Assembly (NCBI GenBank): GCA_040954595.2
Contig: CM082592.2
Location: 6,241,531 to 6,305,530 of the forward strand
Source of the DNA: Balanoglossus misakiensis
Taxonomy: Eukaryota > Animalia > Hemichordata
Reading direction: 5' to 3'
DNA: 64,000 nucleotides
A program made the translations under genes and the position numbers. How positions within the stretch are numbered: the first letter of the stretch is position 1; every line of letters begins with the position of its first letter. Under the pieces are notes generated by a model. That model did not search any database and was not told the DNA's origin. It saw only the letters and a list, made by a program, of their open reading frames with translations. Of the stretch, positions 50,901 to 63,250 are shown piece by piece.

Positions 50901-53900
50901 AGATAATTTGAAAATAATGTGATGGAAAATTAATTCTCAGTCATTTTGTCTGGGAATTATAAGACAGAAACGAGACTGGTAATCACTTGCACACTTATGG
51001 AATTGTTTTGTGTTTCTTTCTCAGGCTACTGCATGCACCAACCGTCAAGTTGAATGCGAGTTCTGCGAGTTAGAGATGACCTTCGCTGAACTTTCTGACC
51101 ACCAAGACTTCTGTGGCACTCGCACGGAACCCTGCGTCAAGTGCAGCCGATACATCATGTTGAAAGATCAACGACAACACGAAGACACCCTGTGCCAGTA
51201 TCCGGAAACGAAACCAAGTCCACCGAAAAACGTTTCCCGGGTCGATCGGGATTTCTATCCGGATGAGTTCTCCATGGACTTTGGCGGTTCCTACGGGATG
51301 TACAATCCGTACACGGATCACAGCAGCAGTGGTACTAGCGGCAGTATCCACAATCAGTTGAGGACTAGACCGCGGGAGACGAAACCCAGCAATTTGCGGT
51401 CGTCGCAGCCCCCTCGACCCGCCAGAAGCAGACTTGACCCGGCAGTCGGCAGCTCGCCGAATAACCTGAAAAAGACTGTGCCGCGAAAGTCAGTGCCTCT
51501 GCCGAGAACTCGGAACAAAACCCACACAAGTCAAACCAAAAACTTCAGCCACAGTCAGACTCAGAGCCAGAGACCCAAGAATCAGCCAGGTCAGTAGGTC
51601 CCGGTCACAGTCCCTATACTTTTGGTGCTTTCCTCCCCCGCATCTCTGTGGAAAGTGCTGCATTTCTTTGGCTTTTAAGATGAGTTGAGTCCACTTTCAG
51701 GGGTAGGATAGGGAAGAAAGGTTCAAAACACCAGAGGGGGAAAAACTTCAAAATAATATATAGAATGGAAGGTCTGCTTTACATGTGTCACTCTAATAGC
51801 AACAGTATAAACTACCTGGTAGTGGACATGACAGTGTCACCATGCACAAATCTATCAAATGACACCGATTCATATCTTCGCCAGGTCTTCCATCGAGTAG
51901 CCATGACGAGGAAGCTGACAGGATGTTGGCCATGCATCTTGCGTACGACCTGACAACTTTTGAAGATGTGGACAGCTTCATCGAATCGGCCAATCAGATT
52001 CCAGACCCTCCCACAGATCTACCGTTCAAGTCAAGACTCACCTCTAGAGGGCAGGCTCCTATGCATCTACCAGATGGTAAGCATGGAATTATAGTCATAG
52101 AGGCTGATGTTATTCTTTCACACTGCCGGATAAATAGTGGAATAGTCATTGTGTGCATTAGAAGATCTTGAACCACACCACACCACACATCATTGCTTCT
52201 TTCATGCTCTTTTGCAGATGATGATGATGATTTAGCACTACCGTGTGAATTTTGTGGAGACTTGTTTCCTACAGATATCCTCCCTATGCATCAGGTGAGC
52301 AGGCTATACACATGTTTTCTCATTTGTATTTCTCCCGGCTTTGAACAAAATAAACTAGAAGTGAACTATCCGTGGCAGCTAATTTGATACTCAAACATAA
52401 TCGCCCAAAATGTACCAAACAATTATTAGCTATCAAGTGAAATACAAATTCCACGTACACCCTGTAAAATCACAAAAAATAATCTTGGATAATGTAAACT
52501 TGACTGGTTCACTTTCATTTACAGCATGCATGCCAAGAACCTGCAAACAACAGTCCACCCAACAACAGTGTGCCAATAACACCAACCACTCGAAGTCAAC
52601 ATTTCCAACCAGAGATAGTTGACAATCTTGGATATGGGTATTCTCCCCCAAGGTAGGAAAAACACTCATGCAAATTTGTCTATCTATATCTTGGTCCCCC
52701 TTTTGAACAAAAATAGACACACTGAGTTTTAACCAAATTTATTCCTGAAATCTAAATAAACATGTGTTGTCTCTGTAAATGCAGTGGTCCCTTTGCTGAT
52801 ATAAACTGGATTCCTGTGTCTAATGTGGCTGTTTTATTAAACAATTTTCTCTGAAGGGACACATTTGCCTTTGATGATGAGGAGGAGGACACAACTGACC
52901 AGATATTTCTACCTTGTGAATTCTGTGAAGAACTGCTTCCGGAAGATTCCCTGGTACAACATCAGGTAATGGCCTTCATTTCCAAATACTTGCACTTGAA
53001 GTCCAGACAGAATTTGTTCTGACAAATGTGTGACTTATTTTTTGTTGCTATTAAATCCTACTTTATCAGTACATTGTAACAAATCATACTAATTATTCGA
53101 GATCGTGATTTCTCATTTTTGCCAGACTGTGACTGTGTTTGCACTCAACGCTTTTTTGCATCATTTGGAACTAACAACGCCTATTTTCACTTGAATTGCA
53201 GGCAGTATGTGATTCTGACCGATGCAAAACACCGTGGCCGGCTCGGAACCAAGACCCTTCACCACTGTCATCACCAGACACTGTCAGAACAAAACCAAAA
53301 GTGCGAAAAGCACCACCGCCAACGAGTCAAATGTATGGAAGTCCCGCCAGGGTGACAAGACGGCAACAAGATCCCACTTTCAATTTCCGACAAGGTAAGC
53401 GTGACTCACACTTTCATTACTGTAGCTAAAAGTCGGTGGAAATTTGCACATTTTGTAGTATAAATGATGGTAACAAATCTAGTGGTTCAAAAAGATTTCC
53501 GATAGAATTGCAAAAGACTAATGAGTGTAATTTCAAAGACATTACAAAGAGACCTCTGAAAAATTGAGTTATGTTTACCCCATAATACCACTGACCACCT
53601 TTAAACAATATGAAATTCCATGATCATAAAAAACTATCTTTCATTAGAAGGCAACATATTAATTTTTTTTTTTATTCTGTATAGATGATAGATCCTCCAG
53701 GCAGCCAGGAGTTCCCAGGAAAACTAATCCCTTACCAAGCACAAACCCCTATGGAAGTCGACAGCCCATGCAGAGCAGAGCCAAACCAAAGAATCCTATA
53801 GGTGAGCTTAATGGCTACGTTCTGGTATGTCATTTAGAAAGACAAATAATCTGAACTCAGTGGTTATCCATGTTTTCACCCTAATCATTTAGTTGACGGA

Positions 53901-55152
53901 TCAAAAATTAGTATCTATCAGTATTAAAGCGTCCAACCATTTGTTGTTGGTTTCAGAGAATTTCTGGCATGTAAAAAAAAAAACTACAATCACAATTCCT
54001 TCATTGCTTCCTGGTAGGTCCACATCATTCCACTTCAAAAGGGCGGCTGAAAAGTGCCGAGAGAACGCGTAAAACTCTCGACGATCTACTTGCAGATGAA
54101 AATGTTGACACAGATGAAATTTTGGAACACATGGGACAGCACAATTTGTATGACAGAGAAGACAAGGCCCAGATTGGTGTGGGTAATGGTTATTGGACCA
54201 GAAACCACCAAGGTGGGGGTGCTTATATGCCCTAGTTGCATCAAATTATTGATGATATGACATCAACTTTGCTTTGAATTATCATTACATGTGAACGATT
54301 TACCAAAATCCAAAGTTTTGCTTGCAATGTTGAATTTTCATGGAGGACTCTTGACTATGTCACTTTATATACGTTGCCATTGACAACCACTTCTACTCAC
54401 GTTCTCTCGCAGATTCCGTTCAACCCGACGAACATCAGTTCCCCGAAGAGCCAGCTCTTGACGAGTTCGACATTTTCTTGAAATCCCGCCCACAGAAGGC
54501 CGGAGGTTATCCCGCCAATTTGCAGAGCCGGAAAGACCCCCGGAATGAGGAGGAGGACATGCCCATGGGGTACGAGGCCAGCTTTGTGCCGCCGAGAACG
54601 AAACCCGCAGCCAGACCGGGAAGATTGAACCCTCAGGGCAGAACTACAAAACCAAAGTAAGATTTGTGCAGATTTGTGAAGTACACATGCACTGTGTGAT
54701 GTTGCAATTGTCTTCTATTTCCAAGATGGACCAGTTTATGGTTGGAAACAAGGTCTGAGCAGGCTTCTCTGGATTTCCGCTAAGATGTTTATACCAACTC
54801 TGTTCACAGATCCACAAATGTCTATCCAGGTGATGACCCGAGGTCACCAGGTGGAACCTCGGCATCAAGGATCGCCGGCAGATCCAGTCATCCTTCGAGC
54901 AAGGGAGCTGTTCCCAAATCCAAGGTAAGATGGCAACTCGGTCTTCATTTGCGTGACAGCTCACAGAACCAAAGCAATAGATGATTTTCTGAATGAAAAA
55001 CAACGAAAAAGATATCCAACACGTAACAGTAAAACATCATGGAATCACCTTTGCACTGAAAAAAAGATCGATAAACTGTCATTTTAACTCTACTATTTCT
55101 GCTTCTCTCGCAGAAATCCTCAAATCATCGAAGGAACGGTACAGATGTCTAG
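47911..55152 (+). CDS. TRAFD1: TRAF-type zinc finger domain-containing protein 1 (FLN29)/XAF1 family, ~14 exons
   Basis: MADQDSDVDTQRCSN|CKKDIPSANFIMHQTHCHRNIILCKHCKEP..|VTCKCGE..|..CEFCELE..HQDFCGTRTEPCVKC, plus two LPCEFC..HQ modules (52217-52294, 52857-52965). Last exon 55114-55152. Confidence 0.88.
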
Positions 55153-57032
55153 GATCTGATGTCATATTCTGTGTCAACTTCTCGGTTCTGTACTCAACTC
55201 TCAGTCAGAGAAGCCCTCTTCAACATGTGAACTCATTTGAAACGATTTAGTTGTCGAACATGTTTTGATGTGCGAGCTGCACATTTCAAAATTATATAAT
55301 TATACTCATGAGGGCTTTCTTTTTATACATTGTCCTGAAGGCAGCTTTTTATTTTGTTTTTCAAATAGAGGTCTGACCTCGTTTGTCGGAGAAGAAATTT
55401 AAAACTTAAGGTACTAATGAAAGAACTTTTTAGTCACATGAAACATGAATATTGTTCATTTTCATGGTTTCTCATTTGTTTCTGCAACGATCATGATTCT
55501 GCTTTCTGAATATATTCTTTTCTAAGAAAAATGCTGATTTCATTGGCAGTTGAGATACAACTGGAGTACAGTAATTATCATCTTATTTTCAAAGTAGAGG
55601 TGTTTAATGTATTTTTCTGACATTACAGATTAATGTGGCCAAATTTTTATTGCATGTTTGCATACAAATTATCTCATACCTAATATGTACTTAATATCAG
55701 ATATGCTGTAAGAAAATTGCTTTAACTGTGTTACTAATTTACCATATGATTTTGTGTTATATAATAAAATATGAACTGGAAACCACTAATGGTGTTTTTG
55801 ATCTCCATTTTGATAATTCCAACTATCGTAAGGTCAAAGGTCATATGATCGCTCAGCAGCTGAGAGATTCCTTGTTTTTATACGAAATGGGACGCACATT
55901 GAGAAAACTCCAACAACCTCTTCAGTTGTGATATCATATAATTTATTTTTCGAAACTGGTAAACTGTAAAATATTCAGAGAAAAACACCAAAAGCTGCGT
56001 CGATGAGCTTTAGAAGCAACGAATGACGATGCAATCAATATTCATCCATCTAAATCTGCTCCTGTTTGCAGAAAAACTTTTGTAAATGAGGCAGCACTGT
56101 AGTCAACATGAAATTAAGTAACATCAATGAAGATTTGATTATATCAGATATATCTACAAATTGTTCTAACATTCATTTCGCACACTTCAAATAATTTCGT
56201 AGCCGCCGCAGCAATAAATGTCCACAATATAACAATCATGATTTCGCGTTAAGTTCCAGCCTCATTTTTGCACAAAAAGTCCAGCTGTGCTATTACATGT
56301 ATATGGGTAAAATGCAAACAGTGCCGTTTGTATACTGTAGCTCCAGCGTAAGCATACAACAAACCGCCAATATCAAAACTGTTCCAAGGCCAGCCTGTTT
56401 TCCTGCTAAAAGGTTACATTCCGATACAAGAAATCTGAAAAATTTAAAACTCCGGTTCCGGTACACAAAGCCAGCACTTTGTGCAGAAAACAAAATCTGA
56501 CACAGCTATGCTGTCCCAAAGTCTTGTGTTATCCTTTTAAAGGTAACACTTTTTGCAATACAATCAAACCCTGTACACCCGGTATATTTTCAGCCTACAC
56601 TAAAATAGCCTTAGCAGTAGATACACATATATTACACTATATAGTTTATAGACGAAGAGCTGCACTATATTTTAGGTCTTGTGTTTTCTGTGAGAACAAC
56701 GTAAAGTCCAGTTTTGATTTGCATTTAGGCATTCAAAATAACAATAACCGTAGCTGTTGCATTTTCCAACAGAAATGTCTTGCCTTTGCATTTATTTGTT
56801 GTGCTCTTGACGGATATCAGATGATCCAAAATGTTCAATGAGTGCTTTAAACTCAAAATAGATCATCAGAGGTAGGAAGAATAGCACTATTTACACTTTT
56901 GGAAATTATAACATATTCCAGACATAAAATCTGAAATGTGCTTTATCATGATGCTGCCATCTTCACTGGACCGACGCCATAGTAGCACGGGGGTGAACTG
57001 GACTTGCAAACTCCCCAAAAAATCAACCTGTG

Positions 57033-57119
57033 TTAACCCTTTCACCCACAGTTCCCTCTTCAGAGGTCCAACTTCACCATAGAAAACAATAGATTGAACC
57101 ATGGTGGTGATAGGGTTAA
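57033..57119. mobile_element. ~80-bp piggyBac-type MITE, copy 2 (GPR143 3' flank/UTR)
   Basis: TTAA-CCCTTTCACC ... GGTGATAGGG-TTAA with intact TTAA target-site duplication. Confidence 0.82.
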
Positions 57120-57299
57120 ATATTAATCAGTATTTTGGATGAGAAAATATGATACAATTTTGATCCATCCGTCCACCATGACTGAAAGGTAAATTATCAT
57201 TTTAGGGTGCTCTCTGATAATGGTATGATGTACGACCATCTTTCCCTCCATTATCAACATGACACACATTCGTTGTCATCCTCGCCTGACCTTTGACCT

Positions 57300-60200
57300 C
57301 TAGGTTTTCAACTGCCTGCTCTCGCTCAACAAAGGTGAGTTTTCGCCGACACCTTCCTCGGTGCGCCTGCCTGGTGTTTGTATATTATTTTGGTGGAACG
57401 GGAGTCTAAGCTTGCTCCCTATGTTACTTCCACGATAGATCAGTGCGTTTAAGCAAGCTTGCAGTGGATTCAGTATACCCTGTGTGGACAAAAACGAAAG
57501 TTTCTCAAATCAGTTCTCTGCTGCTAAGTGCAACATTGCAGATTATTTCTGGTCCTGCATAGATAGTAAAATACATTACACAGGCCTTAATTTTTCTAGC
57601 ATGTACCTATTTTCACGAGCATATCATAATTCTCAAATAAAAATCACAATTTAAAACTTATACAGAGAGAAGACCTCACCATCATGACATCCAATGCAGC
57701 TACACCATTACCAGCATTAAATAATTCATCACTACTGCCGGTCAATATGATAAAACTGTTTACAAGATTGGGAGTCCAGCTGTAATAGTGATCAGAATTA
57801 AATATTACTTAGGGAAATTAAACCTTAGCGTAGTATATTTTTTGTACAGTTTCTCAAAGTTATTGAAAAAGAGACTAAAGTTTATTCTTTGTACTTTCTT
57901 ACCAGATGTAAAAGACGGCAATGATCAAAGCAAACTTTTCCTTGGTTTGTTTGACCACCTGCCTCTCTTGATCGGTGTATTTACCCGACATCAATGCCAG
58001 CAGCGCTGAAACTGTCCATAAAAATATGAAAATCAAATCAGATGGTCAGCAACTCATTGTGTTGTCAATATGGAAGGCAGAGCCTTACACCGGATATGAT
58101 ATACGACGCGACATGACTTGACATGACCTGAAATGACATGACAAGACATAGACTCACCTTTTCTGGCAGAGAAGAAGTACAAGATTGGGTTGACGATCAT
58201 CACCATTACAATTGGCAGCAAGGTAGCAATGTAATGTGGAATCAGGTTTATCTGTTTACGCTCGCATCTGAAAAAGAACGACATTTTACAAAATATTTCA
58301 TTGCCAGGTCTGCATTTTTTTGCACTTAACTCAAAATATCACACGAGACATGTGTTCATTTATTTAACAGATTTTGATTAAAAGTTGACTAAAGACGGCA
58401 ACAAAATTAATTCTGACCGTGAGAGCGACGGATAGTAGAGGGGAATCAGTCCATCAATGCAGAACATGGCCGACACCATCCATGATAGCACATGGTACAA
58501 CCACATTTCACTGCAAGAAAAAAAGTGGGGAAATGACAATGAGACAGGAGTTGAAATTGAAATTCCACAAAAATGACAAGTGTGGAATTTGTGTTACTCT
58601 ATTATTCCAGCATATGGTTTTTAGAAGATTAAGACCTGTCCTTTTAACCATATATGGTCATATATGTAAATTAGTCATTAAGAGATAAATTACAGATAGG
58701 TCTTTACCTTGTTTTATTCCTTGTTAACAGGAACACATCAATGGCAAAACTGAAGGTCCAAAAATAGGTAGTGATGTAGAAATACTGAATCCATGCCTGA
58801 AATACAATTTATTTGCAAATGTAACTGAAAGCAAAAGTCCTACAGATGAACAAAGGGATCTACACCTGATGTACCTGTTGGATTGATCACTACCTCTATC
58901 TGTTGTTGAGAAAGTTATATATCTTTAACCACCATCATCTGTACCTTTTGACAACTTTTTCCAATATGTTAATCTTTTTCTTGTTCGACAACTGAAATCA
59001 TGATCGTGTGTATGTGGAATGACTCTTACCCCAACCACAGCACAGAATATTCGATAAACTCGTTCACTGTCATTGCCTTCTGGAATTTGCTCAATCGGTC
59101 CATAATTTCTGACCCATACGCAGGACCGCACTAAAATTCCTGAAAAAGACATCATGCCATTGTGAGAGAATATCAATTTTTAGACGTGAGGAAATAAAAA
59201 GCATTAAGGTTATTTGATGTCGGTTTATTCAGCTACATATCTATGCATCAAGCAAAACGGTTCTCTAGTTTGTGAAATTTCTAATTTTAGGCTTCAAGTC
59301 ACATATACATCTACCACCATTATGAGTTGATCATGTTACTGGTTGGACCAGTTTACATGTATATTAAAATAGAGCAGAAAATTACAGTGTATATTATGCA
59401 TGATTTATCTTTTTATTTTAGTAGTTTTCTGTGTTTGACCTTGTCCTTCCCTCAATTTACACTGAAATGTGAGTAATTTCCTTCACAAACATCCTGTACA
59501 TGGGATAGGACTAATAGCAGGAAAGACGTCGTTTGGGGGAAACAAATTTCCAAAGAAAGTTACACGCAATTCCTGGAATAGTGTTAAAAACAGGCCAGCA
59601 CAATAAGAACCAACCTATGGTTTCATAGGGCATATTATCTACTCGCTTCATCTAAACCTTGATTTACAAGATTCGCGTTCTAGTTTCTAATAAGTATATC
59701 GCCAGTAAAACCTGAACTGTATAAAATGTAAACACACTTGTTCCTCTCAGCGTTAGTCTAGAATCTATCCGTTCGTAGTCGCATTCTAGACTATCTCAGC
59801 GTATACATTCAATCTTGTTACCTTGGTTTCAATGTCATTTTAGAATGTCTCCTTTGCAAAAGTGACATACCAAGTTGTGCGTAGTATAAGCGAAAGGTGA
59901 TGTGAAGTGTCATACAGTCAGAATGACCTTCAAGTTTGGCCACGTGATTTTGATGAATTGTAGTTATACACTCGATTGGGGGCTGGTCTGAAAATAATCC
60001 CCACACAAGTATTCAATTCGCAGTGTTGCCCGCCATCAGTTTGCGAAATCCTATTCATACTGATGCTAATGGACAACATGATGATGTAATGCTGTTGGTA
60101 TTTGTCACTGATTGTGTACAGAGACAATCAGTACCACCCTGCTTCCTGAAGAAAATGAAAACTTCACCAGAGGGTTGTTGATTTGTAAATAATATAGGTC

Positions 60201-60703
60201 GTGTTTGCTTAAAATCATGTGACTGTCACGTCCCACATGAACGCTATAAAATTGATTTACTGCATCTCAAGTCTTTTTCCAAATTCCTGCCCTTACAAAA
60301 AAATTAACTAAACGACTTCACAAAAGAGCTTTCTGGAGATTTATTTACAACAAACAGGACTGAAATTTGGAGAAGTATAATTCAGTACAAACATTGAAAT
60401 TGGAACTGAGATTCTGAGATAAAATATACGACATCACAAAACCAAACACCACATACCTATGCAAGCGAGCAGATCAGCTACCGTCAACCAGTTGATGATA
60501 CGGATTTGCCTCTCGTGCCCGATGCTCCGTCGCAGCCTCGCGTTCTCCGGCACCTGGCGGGGAATCAGCATGTACACGGCACCGATGATGCTGAGCGAGG
60601 AACTGATGATACAGGTGATGTTGTACGCCTTGGTGCCGATCAGGTGTTCCTTGTTGTCCGTGATGTTTATGCAGCACAGAGACTCTAACCTCGGCGAGGC
60701 CAT
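57300..60703 (-). CDS. GPR143: G protein-coupled receptor 143 (ocular albinism 1 homolog), 8 coding exons
   Basis: Starts MASPRLESLCC (human MASPRLGTFCC); WLTVADLLACIG|ILVRS, WIQYFYITTYFWTFSFAID, HYIATLLPIVMVMIVNPILY, YTDQERQV, CWTPNLVN, GILNPLQACLNALIY. Approximate exons 60457-60703, 59029-59140, 58708-58796, 58418-58510, 58158-58267, 57903-58011, 57680-57779, 57300-57479. Confidence 0.93.
59754..59793. repeat. Short hairpin with TAG...CTA ends
   Basis: tagtctagaat ... attctagacta, 11-bp perfect IR. Confidence 0.5.
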
Positions 60704-63233
60704 GTTTGCTCTAGCTGCCACAAGTGTTCCTCTTTTTGGGGGATTCAATGAAACAGATTCTGCAATCGTACCCACACTTTCCTGTTCCCAGTCACCCACA
60801 CATAATAATGGTGGATTTCTCCAGTTCTCTCTGAATGAGTAGACGCTGTTTTTGATGCGAAAGACTACAACATATCATGCATTCCACAGTTCCAGTCCAC
60901 GACACCAGCACTACCAAGAGAATCTACACGAGAATAAAAAAAATATATAAGTCAAGAATCACTGAGTGGTGATCATCACGGCTGCATCAGTATAGTTATC
61001 TAACAATCCTCTACAAAACAACAGTCACTACTGAGTGAAGTGTTAGGTGAATGCAGGCGACAAACTGGAAATCCCCCTCCCCATAATTCATTCACACTAA
61101 AAGGAAAACGAAACTGGTAACTAAGACGGTGTCATACCTCATCTTAATTTCTATTTTTGGAAGATTTGACACATATGGGTTGATACAACCACAGCGTGAT
61201 ATAGAGGGGGTTTGATACAACAAAAGTAAAAGGCAGTAAATAAAACAGACAAACATCATCGCAAGAATAGATATGTGTCACTGTTTTCACACCTGTATAA
61301 TTAGCGCCCTATCAGCGAAAATAACCTTTGGACACGTGACCAAAAGCGAAACTACATGATGTATGTATCGGACCAGGTACGTATGGGACAATCTGTGCTG
61401 GTGGCCAAGTACATGTGTATTTTCAGAGCAGGGCTTTTGGAACATAAAATGGCACAATAAAAACAAAATTGATACTGAACCAAACGATCGGTCACGGTCG
61501 TGTACACGGGTGTCCCGCCAACTACTCAAAGTGCACATGTGATGGACAGTTGATCATTGATGAGTTTCAAGTCATGAGTCATACATGTACATTGAGTGAA
61601 AGTGATGGATTTGATCATGTTTTCTACTGTAAGAGCGTTACCTTCAGCTCCGCTCCATTTTCGAACTATTGTAGCACAGATTCATGTCCCCTCTCTGTTT
61701 GTCCGAGCACACACCGGCATCCTTCACAGAAAAAAACACAGAAACTCGAGTAACGTCCACCCACACTCGTACTGTACAAGCATATGACCTTCCCTGGCTT
61801 TTATTATGATCACATGACAACTGCCGACGTCACGTGCCTTCAAATCCATTGGGGTCATTGCGGGTCATCGAGGTTGGCTCAGGATTAAGACAAAGCTGGA
61901 TTAAAAGTTGGACAAGCGGAATTTTGTATAGTTCCAAAGTCAAAGCCAGCTTGCTCTACCATGTTCTAGAGCGCGTCTTTCCACAAAAAGAGAATAAATA
62001 TCAAAGCTTAGATAACTACATCCGGGAACTCCGAATCGATTTATTTTCGAGCTGTATGTACGTATCCTGATCGACGTGGCTTTGTTTTGAGTGGGAATAA
62101 CTCGCAGAGAAGTTTAGGGAGTTTGATTTAATAGAGAATCTGTTCATGTTTGAGTCAATGGAGCAGTGTTGAGGTAAGATTACGTGTCCAAGAAGCTTAG
62201 GGAGTGGACATTTTCTTGTGACTAGGCCCTGAATCGGGGAGAAATCCTTCGCCGTGCTTGGGTGTTGTATGGTATCATGTACATTGCATTGCGCTTTGCA
62301 ACGCCCATCACCGGGTTTCGCGAGTTTGTATACGAAATGGTGGGGACAGTCACGTTATACGTTACCATCAAAACATTTCTTGTGACAGATCTCGCCAAAG
62401 ACGCACCCGTTATGTTTACTTTCGGTCTGTTTATACAGTTTATATGTTGGTTCAATTTCAAGCCACTTGCAACTGATCAATGGCATGCGCTGTGACACAC
62501 ATTTGCCAACCACATATTTTGGAACGCACAAAGCGAGCAAAGAAGTAATCCTCTGATCACGACACTGAAGAGTGAAGACCACGTAGAGTTTTACCACACT
62601 GAGAATTTCCAATCAGCTAATCAAGTACTGAACATTCGATCAACACATCTGGTGCACAGGCTAACATCCCAGTTTAGACTCATGTCAACAGTTGGGTTGG
62701 GTTTATGTTGTGTAGGTAGGGTAGGCAGTAGCCTGGTATCCAGACCGCAGTGTGTTTTAGATTCACACACAGGGTCTGGAAACAGCCTCAGTCTACTCTC
62801 GTCGTTTTTGACAATCTGCATGGCAATAGAAGTCAAAATGCGATGCCTCAGCAACGAGGTCACCACATGATCTTGACTCTGACGTTCAAGTCAATCACCT
62901 TACGCGACACACTACTGATAGGCCGGAGCAATGACCCAGGCTCAATATATAATAGTTGGAAAATAATAAGCATTTGTTAGCAACATCGGTTCCATGGTAA
63001 CGGCCAATAGACAACACTATTATCTTCCAAAAATATAATGTATCTTCATATCAGCAGAGAATCAAAGGTGTCATTTGTTAGAGTATGACGTTTACGTACA
63101 GCTCATAAATAGGAAGTTTGATAGTCTAAACATATACTGGTATATTGATATGATATATGAATATATTATTTGATTATGATGGATGTATCATATGCATGCC
63201 GCCGGCTGGAGATGACATATTTTTGGTTACTCC

Positions 63234-63250
63234 TGGCCACTAGAGGGCAG
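63234..63250 (+). promoter_or_regulatory. Candidate CTCF-like motif
   Basis: TGGCCACTAGAGGGCAG, a close match to the CTCF core. Confidence 0.5.
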
